Source of the DNA: Leptonemataceae bacterium
Lineage (GTDB): Bacteria > Spirochaetota > Leptospiria > Leptospirales > Leptonemataceae
DNA length: 64,000 nucleotides
Reading direction: 5' to 3'
Assembly (NCBI GenBank): GCA_965227295.1
Contig: OZ245742.1
Location: forward strand, 2,368,001 to 2,432,000
Shown: piece by piece, positions 38,691-48,025 of the stretch
How positions within the stretch are numbered: the first letter of the stretch is position 1
Layout: every line of letters starts with the position of its first letter
The notes under the pieces: generated by a model
What the model was told of the DNA's origin: nothing
Database searches by the model: none
The model's input: only the letters and a program-made list of their open reading frames with translations
Made by a program: the position numbers and the translations under genes

Positions 38691-40289
38691 ATGGTCGTGC
38701 TCAGTCTCGTCATCGAATTTCAGAGCATCCTGGGCGACATTCGCATCCATCTTTTCGATCTGTTGCTGATCATCCTCTATCTCACGGGCATGGTCGCCTT
38801 CGGCATCTATTACAGCAAACACGTCGGCGGGGCCGCGGACTACTTTCTGGCCGGTAGAAGTTTGCCCTGGTGGATCGTGGGCATGTCCATCGTCGGTTCC
38901 AACGTCGGTTCCAACGATTACGTCGGCGCCGCGGGCGGAGGTTACGCCATCGGCATCGCCCAGGCGAACTTCGAATGGATCGGCGCCATCCCGGCCATGA
39001 TCCTCTGCGCCTTTTTGTTTATCCCGTACTTCTGGCGGGCCGGAGTCTACTCCATCCCCGAATACCTCGGCCTGCGCTACAACCAGGCCGTGCGGGCCAT
39101 CGCCGCGTTGATCCTCAGTTTCTTTTCGCTGTTTATCGTGGGCATCTATCTCTGGGCCGCGGCGCTGATGCTGCAAACTTACGTCGGCCTCGATCTAAGC
39201 GTGGCCATTGCAATTACGGCGGTCGTGGTCGGCATCTATACCATCACCGGCGGCATGGCGGCGGTGGCCATCAGCGATACGGTGCAGTTCTTGATCATGG
39301 TCGGCGGCGGCCTGGCGCTCACCGTACTCGGCATCGCCCGGGCCGGCGGTTTCGCAAGCTTCGCCGAAAAACTCAGCACGGAGTACCCGGAAAAACTGCA
39401 GGCCTTCCTGCCGGCCGATCATCCGGAGTTTCCCTGGCCGGGCGTGTTGCTCGGTCTCGCGCTGGTGATGTCGCCGTCGTACTGGTGCGCGAATCAGGTC
39501 ATATTACAACGCACGTTCGCGGCGAAGTCGCAATGGGACGGCCAGGCCTCCATGATCCTTGCCGCCTTCGCGAAAAGCATCATGCCGTTCTTGATCATCC
39601 TGCCCGGTTTTCTCGTGCTCGTTCTGAACTCGGAGCCGTTGGAACAACAGGACCAGGCGTTGCCCTGGCTCATCCGGGAAGTTCTGCCGCCCGGGCTCTC
39701 CGGTTTGCTCTTCGTGGCGTTCATCGCGGCGCTGCAATCTTCGGTGGACTCCACGCTCAACAGTACGGCCGTCATGATTACCCGGGACATTTACGGAGTC
39801 CTGCGTGGTGCCGATGCGCACGATCAAAACATTCGCGACGCGCACGATCTTGCGCTGGGCAAGTGGGTTACGTTTTCGGTCCTGGCGGCGGGAGTGGTCT
39901 TCGCGCTGAACATCCAGCTGTTCAAAGAAGAGTTCCGCGGCATCTATTCGTTCGTGCAACTCGGCCTGTCGTATTTTCAGGGGCCGATGTTTGCGTTACT
40001 CTTGCTGGGCATCCTGAGTCGCCGCATCAGTCCGGCGGCCGGCGTCTGGGGCCTCGTCCTCGGCGTGCTTTCGGCGATTCTTATGGGCAGTTCCGTGCTG
40101 CCCGGAATGACGGAGCCGCTAAACATGCTCTACATAGCTTTTTACAGCTTCGTGTTTACGGTCCTGGTGCTCTTCGTCGTGAGCGCCTTCACGACGCGCA
40201 AGAGCGATGCGGAACTGAGTAACCTGACCATCGGCACCACGCGCACCGTGGACGGCGTTCCGCTTTCCGGAGGCAAGCCGCGTGGCTGA
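38691..40289 (+). CDS. Sodium:solute symporter (SSS) family transporter; start approximate
   Basis: DYFLAGRSLPWW, SIPEYLGLRY, YTITGGMAAV, YWCANQVILQR, AALQSSVDSTLNS. Confidence 0.93.
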   Translation: MVVLSLVIEFQSILGDIRIHLFDLLLIILYLTGMVAFGIYYSKHVGGAADYFLAGRSLPWWIVGMSIVGSNVGSNDYVGAAGGGYAIGIAQANFEWIGAIPAMILCAFLFIPYFWRAGVYSIPEYLGLRYNQAVRAIAALILSFFSLFIVGIYLWAAALMLQTYVGLDLSVAIAITAVVVGIYTITGGMAAVAISDTVQFLIMVGGGLALTVLGIARAGGFASFAEKLSTEYPEKLQAFLPADHPEFPWPGVLLGLALVMSPSYWCANQVILQRTFAAKSQWDGQASMILAAFAKSIMPFLIILPGFLVLVLNSEPLEQQDQALPWLIREVLPPGLSGLLFVAFIAALQSSVDSTLNSTAVMITRDIYGVLRGADAHDQNIRDAHDLALGKWVTFSVLAAGVVFALNIQLFKEEFRGIYSFVQLGLSYFQGPMFALLLLGILSRRISPAAGVWGLVLGVLSAILMGSSVLPGMTEPLNMLYIAFYSFVFTVLVLFVVSAFTTRKSDAELSNLTIGTTRTVDGVPLSGGKPRG

Positions 40290-40509
40290 GTCCCTGGTGC
40301 AATCGATCTTCACGTTCGTGCACGGACTGCCGCTGTGGTCCGCGAAGCTGTTCGCGCTGGCGATCTTCGCCGCGGCGATTGCGCTGGTATGGTTGCTGCC
40401 GAAGGCCTACGTCTACGCGGAGGGGGAGGTTCTTCCGTGGCAGAAGGACCTGCGCATCTGGGCGAGTCTGCTGTTGTTGGTCCAGCTCGGACTGTACTGG
40501 ATCTTCTGA
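40282..40509 (+). CDS. Small two-TM protein coupled to the SSS transporter
   Basis: GTG start overlapping the SSS stop, RBS GGAGG, motif WQKDLRIWA. Confidence 0.7.
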   Translation: MAESLVQSIFTFVHGLPLWSAKLFALAIFAAAIALVWLLPKAYVYAEGEVLPWQKDLRIWASLLLLVQLGLYWIF

Positions 40510-40515
40510 GGATGG

Positions 40516-40549
40516 AGGCCCTCGCTACCTCTCACGGAAAAAGGGCCTC
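40516..40549. terminator. Hairpin between convergent genes
   Basis: gaggccct ... agggcctc inverted repeat with a large loop. Confidence 0.35.
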
Positions 40550-40561
40550 CCGGGCATCTAC

Positions 40562-40876
40562 TCAATTAAAGCCGATGAGCGTTTGCAGCTCTTCCATGGC
40601 CTTGTCTTTTTCGGCCACGCCGGTCTTCTTGATCGCCTTCTTTAAGACGTCGTTCCACTTCTTTTCCGGAACGTCTTCTTTCATTTCTTCGAGGAGTTCC
40701 AGGATGTCCACGTCCTCGGCCGTGTTGAAGATCTCTCTTTGATCGTAACGAAACAGAGAGAAGAGGCGTTCGATGTAAGAACCGACGTTCCCCCGATTGC
40801 CTCCGCCAACCCGGGCTTCTTTTTTTTCGGAGCGGCGGAGTTCCCGCTCGATTCGTTCCATTTCTGTGCGTTTCAT
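40562..40876 (-). CDS. Charged hypothetical protein
   Basis: 104-aa ORF with RBS GAGGA and strong coding bias. Confidence 0.75.
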   Translation of the reverse strand: MKRTEMERIERELRRSEKKEARVGGGNRGNVGSYIERLFSLFRYDQREIFNTAEDVDILELLEEMKEDVPEKKWNDVLKKAIKKTGVAEKDKAMEELQTLIGFN

Positions 40877-40944
40877 AGCGTTCTTCCTCGTTATCTGTGT
40901 TCTTGAAGGACTGATTACATAATATCAGATTGCCGGCGTTCTAT

Positions 40945-41982
40945 TTAGAAGAATACCTTGGCCAGGCGCAGGATGCCCTGCTTCCAGGGAACCCGGTGCG
41001 AGACACCGCTGGCGTTTTCGAAATTGTCCTTGTTTGCCAGGTACCAGCGGTAGTTACGAACGAGGGCGTCCTTGTTCGAGAACTGCGGCTGCCAGCCCAG
41101 TTGTTCTTTCGCGCGGTCGATGGAAACGAAGCTATCCTTCGAAGCCGTTTCGTAAACCCACTTGTACAGCGGCGAAAGTTTCATGGCTTCGAGGATGCGC
41201 AGGGTCCAGATCATGGGCGCGGCCGGAAAACCGCTGATCTTTTTTCCGAAGCCGGCCTCGTCGAGTACGGCCTGGTAGTCTTCGCGCATGGTGGTGAATT
41301 CTTCCGCGCCGATGTTGAAGGTATCGTTGGCTTTGGTCTTCGGTTTCGTCGCGCTGAGATAGATGGCGTCGCAGAGGTCTTCCACGTCCAGGAGCTGGTA
41401 GCGGTTCTTGCCGTTGCCGATCATCGGGAAACCGTGGCCAGTGGCCGCCCAATCATACAACAGCGCGAACACGCCCAGGCGCTCCGGACCGATGAAGGAC
41501 TTCGGTCGAATGATGGGCACGATCATGCCCTGCTCGCGGTACTTCAGGCATTCCTCTTCGGCGAGGATCTTGGCCTTTCCGTACGGGCCGACGCCGTCCA
41601 GTTTGTCGTCTTCCACCAGGGGATGGTGATCGGGGATACCGTACACGGCGGTAGAGGATACATGCACGACGCGCTTGACCTTATTGGCCTTTGCGGCCTC
41701 CAGGACGTTGCGGGTGCCGTCCACGTCGGTGGTCATAATGTCTTCTTCGGTATACAGCGGCAATGCCGCCGCGGTATGGATGACAACGTCCGCCCCTTTC
41801 ATGGCGGCCTTGAGTTTTTCAAAGTCCCGGATATCGCCGGTGACCACTTTGATTTTGTCTTTTTCGGGATAATCGAATTCAGCAATGTCGTACGAGACAC
41901 ACTTGTGTTTCTTCGCCATCAGGTAGCGGACCAGGTTGATGCCGAGAAAGCCTGCCCCACCCGTGATAAAGTAGTTCGCCAT
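40945..41982 (-). CDS. NAD-dependent epimerase/dehydratase (extended SDR)
   Basis: ITGGAGFLG, HVSSTAVYG, YGKAK. Confidence 0.93.
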   Translation of the reverse strand: MANYFITGGAGFLGINLVRYLMAKKHKCVSYDIAEFDYPEKDKIKVVTGDIRDFEKLKAAMKGADVVIHTAAALPLYTEEDIMTTDVDGTRNVLEAAKANKVKRVVHVSSTAVYGIPDHHPLVEDDKLDGVGPYGKAKILAEEECLKYREQGMIVPIIRPKSFIGPERLGVFALLYDWAATGHGFPMIGNGKNRYQLLDVEDLCDAIYLSATKPKTKANDTFNIGAEEFTTMREDYQAVLDEAGFGKKISGFPAAPMIWTLRILEAMKLSPLYKWVYETASKDSFVSIDRAKEQLGWQPQFSNKDALVRNYRWYLANKDNFENASGVSHRVPWKQGILRLAKVFF

Positions 41983-42182
41983 AGAGATGTTCCTGCCGCC
42001 GCTCCGATTGCTCCGGTGCGGCCTTCATCGTGTATATTATTATGTCGGTCGAAATTGCCGGCGAGGGCGTACCGATCGACCGATACACCACTTAACGGGT
42101 TTTAAGAGCATTTATTTCAAGTCTTTCTCGCCCTCCGATGGGTATTCGGGGGCGATGCGAGTGCGGTGGGCGGAAGCCCGGC

Positions 42183-42623
42183 TCACGGGGCCGGGCAATC
42201 GGTGCGGGTGTAGGCAAAGGCGCCGGCGATGAGCCGATCACCCTGCCGTTGCCAGGTTTCGGAGGTGGTGCGGTCGGTATTGCCGGCGACGGTGGTGATG
42301 GAAAGCTGGAGGCTGTCCCCGGAAAGCTCGCCTTCCAGGGTACGGCGGTACTCCGCCACGTATCCGGCCCCGGGGTTCGAGACGGAGCCCTGGAGCTCGC
42401 CCTGGATTGTTGCCTTGCCCGAGGAACCCGGCGTTACGACGAGTCGCACCGTTTCTTTGACCGAGGTGGCTTCGCGTACGTAGCAAAGATGCACCGGTTC
42501 CTGGTCGGCGGAAGAACCCCGGGGCGGCGGCGGGACGGAGTCGTTGCAGGCCGGTACGAACATCGTAACGAAGAGCAACAGACTAAGTTTCGATAAAAAG
42601 GAGTTAGCATTCGGACAGGGCAT
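42183..42623 (-). CDS. Putative lipoprotein
   Basis: Hydrophobic leader ending VPAC. Confidence 0.6.
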   Translation of the reverse strand: MPCPNANSFLSKLSLLLFVTMFVPACNDSVPPPPRGSSADQEPVHLCYVREATSVKETVRLVVTPGSSGKATIQGELQGSVSNPGAGYVAEYRRTLEGELSGDSLQLSITTVAGNTDRTTSETWQRQGDRLIAGAFAYTRTDCPAP

Positions 42624-42683
42624 GACGAACCTCACGGTTCGAACATACACCCGGGCCCGGCGACGGTCCATAGGAATCCGTCG

Positions 42684-42715
42684 TCCCGCGGCTTCCCGGA
42701 GAGAAAGCCGCGGGA
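42684..42715. terminator. Stem-loop downstream of the 42732-43145 gene
   Basis: tcccgcggctt ... aagccgcggga, 11-bp stem. Confidence 0.5.
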
Positions 42716-42731
42716 ATCGGTAAGATTGTGC

Positions 42732-43145
42732 TCAGTAGGCGTAGCCGTAGGTATCACTGATCATCGGTGTGAGGATGAACGAGAACGGCGGGAAGATCCA
42801 CCACAGATTGGTGGCGGTCATGTTCGTGATTTCGCTTTTCGAAGAACCGCGCTCCCGCGTTTCCCGGGTGAACTCCGATACGCTGCCTTCCACGCTGGCA
42901 TCGCCTACCAGCGGTCGGTAGCCGAACAGAACATGCAGGGCGTAGTTGGTTGTGTTCACATAGGCCTTCGGGCGACCTTCCGGTGTTACGTTGCCGCTAA
43001 AATTCGTGGCCACGCTGGAGGTGCTGCAGGCCCCGAGAAAAACGACGACGCAGACCAGAGCGGCAAGAATGCGCAACCGGTGCAAGAAGCCGGAGGATCG
43101 GAATTGCGAGGTTGTGTCGGAAAAAGGGAAAGATTTGCGAGTCAT
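42732..43145 (-). CDS. Putative lipoprotein
   Basis: Leader ending FLGAC, RBS AGGAG. Confidence 0.7.
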   Translation of the reverse strand: MTRKSFPFSDTTSQFRSSGFLHRLRILAALVCVVVFLGACSTSSVATNFSGNVTPEGRPKAYVNTTNYALHVLFGYRPLVGDASVEGSVSEFTRETRERGSSKSEITNMTATNLWWIFPPFSFILTPMISDTYGYAY

Positions 43146-43227
43146 AACTTGCTCCTGAAGAGATACTCCAGGATCGGGGCGGGAGCGTCCGGACGCATCA
43201 AAAAAAGCGCAGGATTCATGGAAAGCC

Positions 43228-43803
43228 TCAGTTCGTGCCGCTGAGGTACTTCATGCGACTTTCAATGATCAGCTTGGAGAGCAGGATCGCCGCGTTGCGG
43301 GCGCGGTCCGCGGCGCGATGGCGGTCGCCTTCCAGCGGCAGATTCAGCGTGCGCAGGATTTCTACGAGTCCGACTTCCTGGCCCAGCGCGCGAAAGACCG
43401 CGGCCATGGTTTTGATGTTGATGTGAGACGCGCCGAAAGGATAGGCGGCGGCGTCGCGTCGGCACTGCTTCTTAATCACGCGGCGAATCTGGTTTCCATA
43501 GCTCGTCCACGGACGATGGCGGCAGAGATAATCCTGTTCCAGGGCGGCGCAGGCAGCGCCGAATTCCAGGCCGCGTTCGGCATCTTCCGGTGTAATGCCG
43601 GTAAGACTGGTGCACAGCGGACTCACGCTGGACCGCCGCGGCTTTACAATGATGCTGCGTTTATCGAGGATGCGTCCGCTGCGAACCTCCAGGGGGCAGA
43701 CCCCGATCTCGATGATTTCCGAAACCTGGCCGGGCGGCGGATCACCGGGCCAGCAGGTCATGGAAAGATCTATCGCAATCACCTGATCCAGAATCTTGTA
43801 CAT
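43228..43803 (-). CDS. DEDDh 3'-5' exonuclease-fold protein (ERI-1/KapD-like), catalytic residues degenerate
   Basis: IAIDLSMTCW, EIIEIG, CTSLTGIT, HINIK, EGDRHRAADRARNAA. Confidence 0.8.
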   Translation of the reverse strand: MYKILDQVIAIDLSMTCWPGDPPPGQVSEIIEIGVCPLEVRSGRILDKRSIIVKPRRSSVSPLCTSLTGITPEDAERGLEFGAACAALEQDYLCRHRPWTSYGNQIRRVIKKQCRRDAAAYPFGASHINIKTMAAVFRALGQEVGLVEILRTLNLPLEGDRHRAADRARNAAILLSKLIIESRMKYLSGTN

Positions 43804-44155
43804 AGTCGCGCGGAGATTCGACCGGCGCCGGCGGCCTCCACTTTCAGTTTCCGCTTTGAGTGCGAGTTTCACAACCACTTTCCAGGCTGTCGGGGCGCTA
43901 CATTCCACCGACCGGAGTCTGTCCAAAATGAAAGAACGCCTCGCAAATATCGTCTCAGCGGGCTTTGAGTTACCGAAGCCGGGGCTTCCGCTGATCGAAC
44001 AGCTGCAGTACCTGATCGATCAGTGTCTGCCGGGCACCCTCGGCGTGCTCCCCATTACGATTTGATTTGTGATATTCTCAATGAAGCGGGCAAACGCGTT
44101 GCGCAGGGACGCTACAAATATACGCTGTCCAGAAGTTAAGAGCGCGATTGTGACT

Positions 44156-45340
44156 TCAGATGTACTCGTCTTTGTCTTTCTTGATGACGAGTGCGCCTTC
44201 TTCGTCGAGGCGGCGCGCGGAGTTCAGAATATAGGCGCGGGCGTCGTTGATCTCGCGGATGGATAACGGGCCGCGGCGATCGATCTCTTCCAGAATGTCC
44301 GCCGCACGATTCTGAGACATGGAGTTGAAGAAGTGCCGGCGAATGTCGTCGCCGGCGCCGCGCAGGGCCGCGGCCATGATTTCGTCGTCGCCCACCCGGG
44401 CGATCAGGAGACGCATCTCTTTGTGGTCCAGGGCTGTAAGTTCTTCGAAGGTGTAGAGACGGTCGCGGACGTTGTCGACCAGGTTCGGAGCGGCCTTGCC
44501 CAGGACATCCAGGATCTCGTCCTCGTCCCGGCGTTCCATCTGGTTGAGGATGTTCGCCAGGGTATCCGCGCCGCCGACCTCGGAATAGATTTCGGACGTG
44601 CGTTTTTCGAACTTTTCGCGCAGCACCCGGGCCACGCGTTGCACCGCCTCCGGATGAATGCGCGCGGTCTTCGCGATGCGCAGGGCCGTCTCCGAACGAA
44701 AGTCCGCGGGTAGATGGCGCATGACCGCCGCCGCGATCTTCGGCTTGAGGAACGACAGCGCCACCGCGGCGATCTGGTGGTGTTCCTGGGACAGGGTCGA
44801 CGCCAGGACCGGCGCATCGATGCGTTCCAGGAATTCGAAGTCGCGGTAGAGATCGTGCTGAGAAATGCGTCCGATGATTTCATTCGCCACGTCTTCGCCG
44901 TGGCTTAACTGTAGAATTTTCTTCGCGGCCTCGGTGCCGCCGCGCACCGGCTCGTCGAAGTCTTTGACGACGGTATCAAAATGTGCGAGGATTGCTTTTT
45001 TTTCGTCAGCGCTGATGCGGTCAATGCCGGCCATCTCGCCGACCAGGCGCTCGATCTCCGCGGGCTCAAGCTCTTTGAGAATGCCGGCGGCCTGGTCCGG
45101 TCCCAGGGCCAGCAGCAATCGCGCCGCCCGGCCGATGCCGGGGAGGCGTTCCATGTCTTCGATGTTCGGCCGGCCCGCGAGACCCGACGGACCACTGCCG
45201 CGGACCTGGGCGCGCAGGGCATTCAGTAAGCCGCCTTCGCCGACCGTGAGGTCCACGTTGGAACCAGTTTGCTTGCCGGATTTGGCGGACTGGCCCGCGC
45301 CGGCCTTGCCGCCCTGGGATTTCTTGCGCGCCGCTGCCAT
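44156..45340 (-). CDS. fliG: Flagellar motor switch protein FliG paralog, outside a flagellar operon
   Basis: AARLLLALG, EHHQIAAVAL, GGADTLANILN, YTFEEL, AALRGA, FFNSMSQNRA. Confidence 0.85.
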   Translation of the reverse strand: MAAARKKSQGGKAGAGQSAKSGKQTGSNVDLTVGEGGLLNALRAQVRGSGPSGLAGRPNIEDMERLPGIGRAARLLLALGPDQAAGILKELEPAEIERLVGEMAGIDRISADEKKAILAHFDTVVKDFDEPVRGGTEAAKKILQLSHGEDVANEIIGRISQHDLYRDFEFLERIDAPVLASTLSQEHHQIAAVALSFLKPKIAAAVMRHLPADFRSETALRIAKTARIHPEAVQRVARVLREKFEKRTSEIYSEVGGADTLANILNQMERRDEDEILDVLGKAAPNLVDNVRDRLYTFEELTALDHKEMRLLIARVGDDEIMAAALRGAGDDIRRHFFNSMSQNRAADILEEIDRRGPLSIREINDARAYILNSARRLDEEGALVIKKDKDEYI

Positions 45341-45427
45341 CGGTCAGTAATGTGACATAATCCCACTCCTGGCAAGCAGAATTGTACGCTTTCACAGGAG
45401 GCAGAGAGGATGCGAGATAGTTCCTCA

Positions 45428-46156
45428 CTACTTCTCATCTTTCCGTATATTCTTCCCCGTCTCACAGTACGCTTGCAACGGGCACTCCCCACACTTCGGA
45501 TTTCGCGGCCGGCAAACCAACGCGGACAGATCGATGATGGCCAGGTTCAAGGCCTGGCAGTGTTTCGAGTCCACGAACCGATCGGCCAGATGAAGGATGT
45601 CCCTGTCGCGGCGCGACTCGGCGTGATGAGGCAGGCCGTGCACGCGCGCGATGAAGCGCGCCACGTTCGCGTCCACGGCCGCCACACGCTCGTTCCACAG
45701 GCGAGTGCGAATCATGGCCCCGGAGTACGGTCCGACGCCTGGAATCGCTTCGAGATCGTCGCCGCGCCGCGGTCCGCCGGGTCCGTAGTGATCGCGGAGG
45801 TAGTGCAGGGTTTCGCGCATTTGTTTGCCGCGCCAGTGGAGGCCCAGGGGTTTCAGCATGCGTTCCACGCGCGACCAGGGAATCTCCAGGGCCTCGCCTG
45901 GCGTGCGAAACGATTCGGTGAAGTCCGCGTAGACCCGTGCGGCCTGATCGGCCCGGGTACGTCGGAGCATCATTTCGGCCATCAATAAATGAAACCAGTT
46001 GCCGGTCTTGCGCCAGGGATAGTCGCGTCCGGCCTCGCGAAACCATTGCAGCAATCGTCGGCGCAGCTCCCGCAGATGCGGGGTGATGTCTCGTTTTACG
46101 GCCGCCGTCGCGTTGCGGGGTGACGTTTTTTTGTTTCCATCTTCGCGGCGTCCCAT
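45428..46156 (-). CDS. HhH-GPD DNA glycosylase with 4Fe-4S cluster, MIG (G:T mismatch)/MutY-like
   Basis: WFREAGRDYPWR, EMMLRRT, LKPLGL, IPGVGPY, VDANVAR, CRPRNPKCGECPLQAYC; no MutT-like C-terminal domain. Confidence 0.8.
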   Translation of the reverse strand: MGRREDGNKKTSPRNATAAVKRDITPHLRELRRRLLQWFREAGRDYPWRKTGNWFHLLMAEMMLRRTRADQAARVYADFTESFRTPGEALEIPWSRVERMLKPLGLHWRGKQMRETLHYLRDHYGPGGPRRGDDLEAIPGVGPYSGAMIRTRLWNERVAAVDANVARFIARVHGLPHHAESRRDRDILHLADRFVDSKHCQALNLAIIDLSALVCRPRNPKCGECPLQAYCETGKNIRKDEK

Positions 46157-46234
46157 AAGTATCTCAGAAGCCCTGCACTCGCTAACAAGAATCTAACTGA
46201 ATCTTCGCGAATGTGAAATCCGGCTCCGCCATCC

Positions 46235-48025
46235 ATGACCGATCATCCTTTCACCAGTATGGACTCCGCTTCGTACCATTCCGATCGCTCCGGTCGCATT
46301 CTGGTCGTGGACGATAATCCTGCGGGGCGTCAGCTTTTGGTACGGCGGCTCACTTCTCTGGGCTACGAGGTCGACAGCGCCGAAAGCGGTCAGGAGGCCA
46401 TCGACGCCGTCGACCGCAAGGGTTATGATCTGGTGCTGCTGGACATCATCATGCCGGACATGTCCGGCATGGACGTCCTCCAGGTCCTCCGCGCCACTTA
46501 TTCGGAGATCGAGTTGCCGGTCATTATGGTTTCGGCCCTCGACGAAAGTTCGAATATTGCGGAGGCGCTGAACCACGGCGCCAACGATTACATTACCAAG
46601 CCCATCGACGTCATCATCGCCCGCGCACGCATTCGTACGCACCTGCGCCTCAAGCGTGCCGAAGAAGCCGTGCGCCGCGTGGACGCTTCCACCGGTCTCG
46701 CCAACAAGCTCCTGTTCACCGAACGTTGCAACCAGGCCTTTGCGTCCGCGCGGGAATTCGAAGGCGAGTTTACCGTGATGGTCTTCGGGGTGGATCGTTT
46801 CGAGCAATTCATGGAGTCCCTGGGCCTGGGCTCCGAAGAAGAGTTCGCCATGCTCGTGGCCGAACGTCTGCGCAAGGTCGTCCGTCAGGCGGATACCATC
46901 GCCCGGTTGTCGCGCCAGGACTTTGCCGTGTTGTTTCAGGACGGCCCGCAATCGCCGTCGGTACTGCGCGCCGTCGAAGAAATTCAAAACGGGCTGCGGG
47001 AACCCTTCGTCGTGGCCGGCAAAGAAATCACCAGCGGCGTGAGCGCCGGCGTGGCCTTCTACGCACCGAACAAACACTACGAGCGCGCCGAAGACGTGGC
47101 CCGGGACGCCACCATCGCCCGCAATCGCGCCCGGGACCTGGGCGGAGATCGTTCCGTCATTTTCGACGGCGAGATGCACGCCGCCGCCAGTCGTTTGTTG
47201 CAAACGGAGATCGATTTGCGCGCGGCCTTACAAAAGAACGAGCTCGTTGTATTTTATCAGCCCATCGTTTCGGCCGCCGACGGATCCGTGAACGGTTTTG
47301 AAGCGTTGATTCGCTGGAAGCATCCGCATCGCGGTCTGGTCTCGCCGGGAGATTTCATACCCCTGGCCGAGGAGACCGGGTTGATCATTCCCCTGGGCGA
47401 GTACGTGCTCACCGAGGTCTGTCGCCGGTTGAGGCAATGGCAGGGTTCACCGCTGGAGCGGCTCTTCGTGGCGGTGAACGTCTCCGCCCGGCAGTTCATG
47501 GACGCGGCCCCGCTTCGACGCATCAAAGACATTCTTCGCGAACACAAGGACGTGCTGCCGCACCTTAAAATGGAAGTGACCGAAAGCACGGCCATGCACG
47601 ACCTCGACTACAGTCGCCGCACTCTGAACGACTTCCGGGAGATGGGCGTGAGCCTGAGCATTGACGACTTCGGCACCGGCTACTCATCGCTTACGATGCT
47701 CAAGCAACTGCCGATCCAGACCGTTAAGATCGATCGATCTTTCGTTAAGGATTTACGCGGCCGTGGCGACGACCGCGCCATCATCCAGGCGATTCTGGAA
47801 CTTTCGAAGACCCTGGGACTGAACGTCATTGCCGAGGGCGTTGAGGATGAGTGGCAGGTGCGTTTCCTGGGCGGCATTCGCTGCGACGAGTTCCAGGGAT
47901 TTCTGTTTTCGCCGCCGCTGCCCTTCGATGAGGCCGAGGTTTACGTGCAAAACGGCCGCCGGCTGCCCACGAGCGCCGCCGGAGACGGCGGCGCGGATGG
48001 TTCAGGCGATCTTGCGTCGGCGTGA
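46235..48025 (+). CDS. Response regulator REC + degenerate GGDEF + EAL c-di-GMP phosphodiesterase
   Basis: ILVVDD...LLDIIMP...YITKP; ARLSRQDF in place of GGDEF; FEALIRW, DDFGTGYSSL, AEGVE. Confidence 0.92.
   Translation: MTDHPFTSMDSASYHSDRSGRILVVDDNPAGRQLLVRRLTSLGYEVDSAESGQEAIDAVDRKGYDLVLLDIIMPDMSGMDVLQVLRATYSEIELPVIMVSALDESSNIAEALNHGANDYITKPIDVIIARARIRTHLRLKRAEEAVRRVDASTGLANKLLFTERCNQAFASAREFEGEFTVMVFGVDRFEQFMESLGLGSEEEFAMLVAERLRKVVRQADTIARLSRQDFAVLFQDGPQSPSVLRAVEEIQNGLREPFVVAGKEITSGVSAGVAFYAPNKHYERAEDVARDATIARNRARDLGGDRSVIFDGEMHAAASRLLQTEIDLRAALQKNELVVFYQPIVSAADGSVNGFEALIRWKHPHRGLVSPGDFIPLAEETGLIIPLGEYVLTEVCRRLRQWQGSPLERLFVAVNVSARQFMDAAPLRRIKDILREHKDVLPHLKMEVTESTAMHDLDYSRRTLNDFREMGVSLSIDDFGTGYSSLTMLKQLPIQTVKIDRSFVKDLRGRGDDRAIIQAILELSKTLGLNVIAEGVEDEWQVRFLGGIRCDEFQGFLFSPPLPFDEAEVYVQNGRRLPTSAAGDGGADGSGDLASA

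Noticed and set aside
43928..44065. 45-aa plus-strand ORF MKERLANIV...
   Set aside because: No motif and a weak RBS; cannot be supported without homology or expression data.
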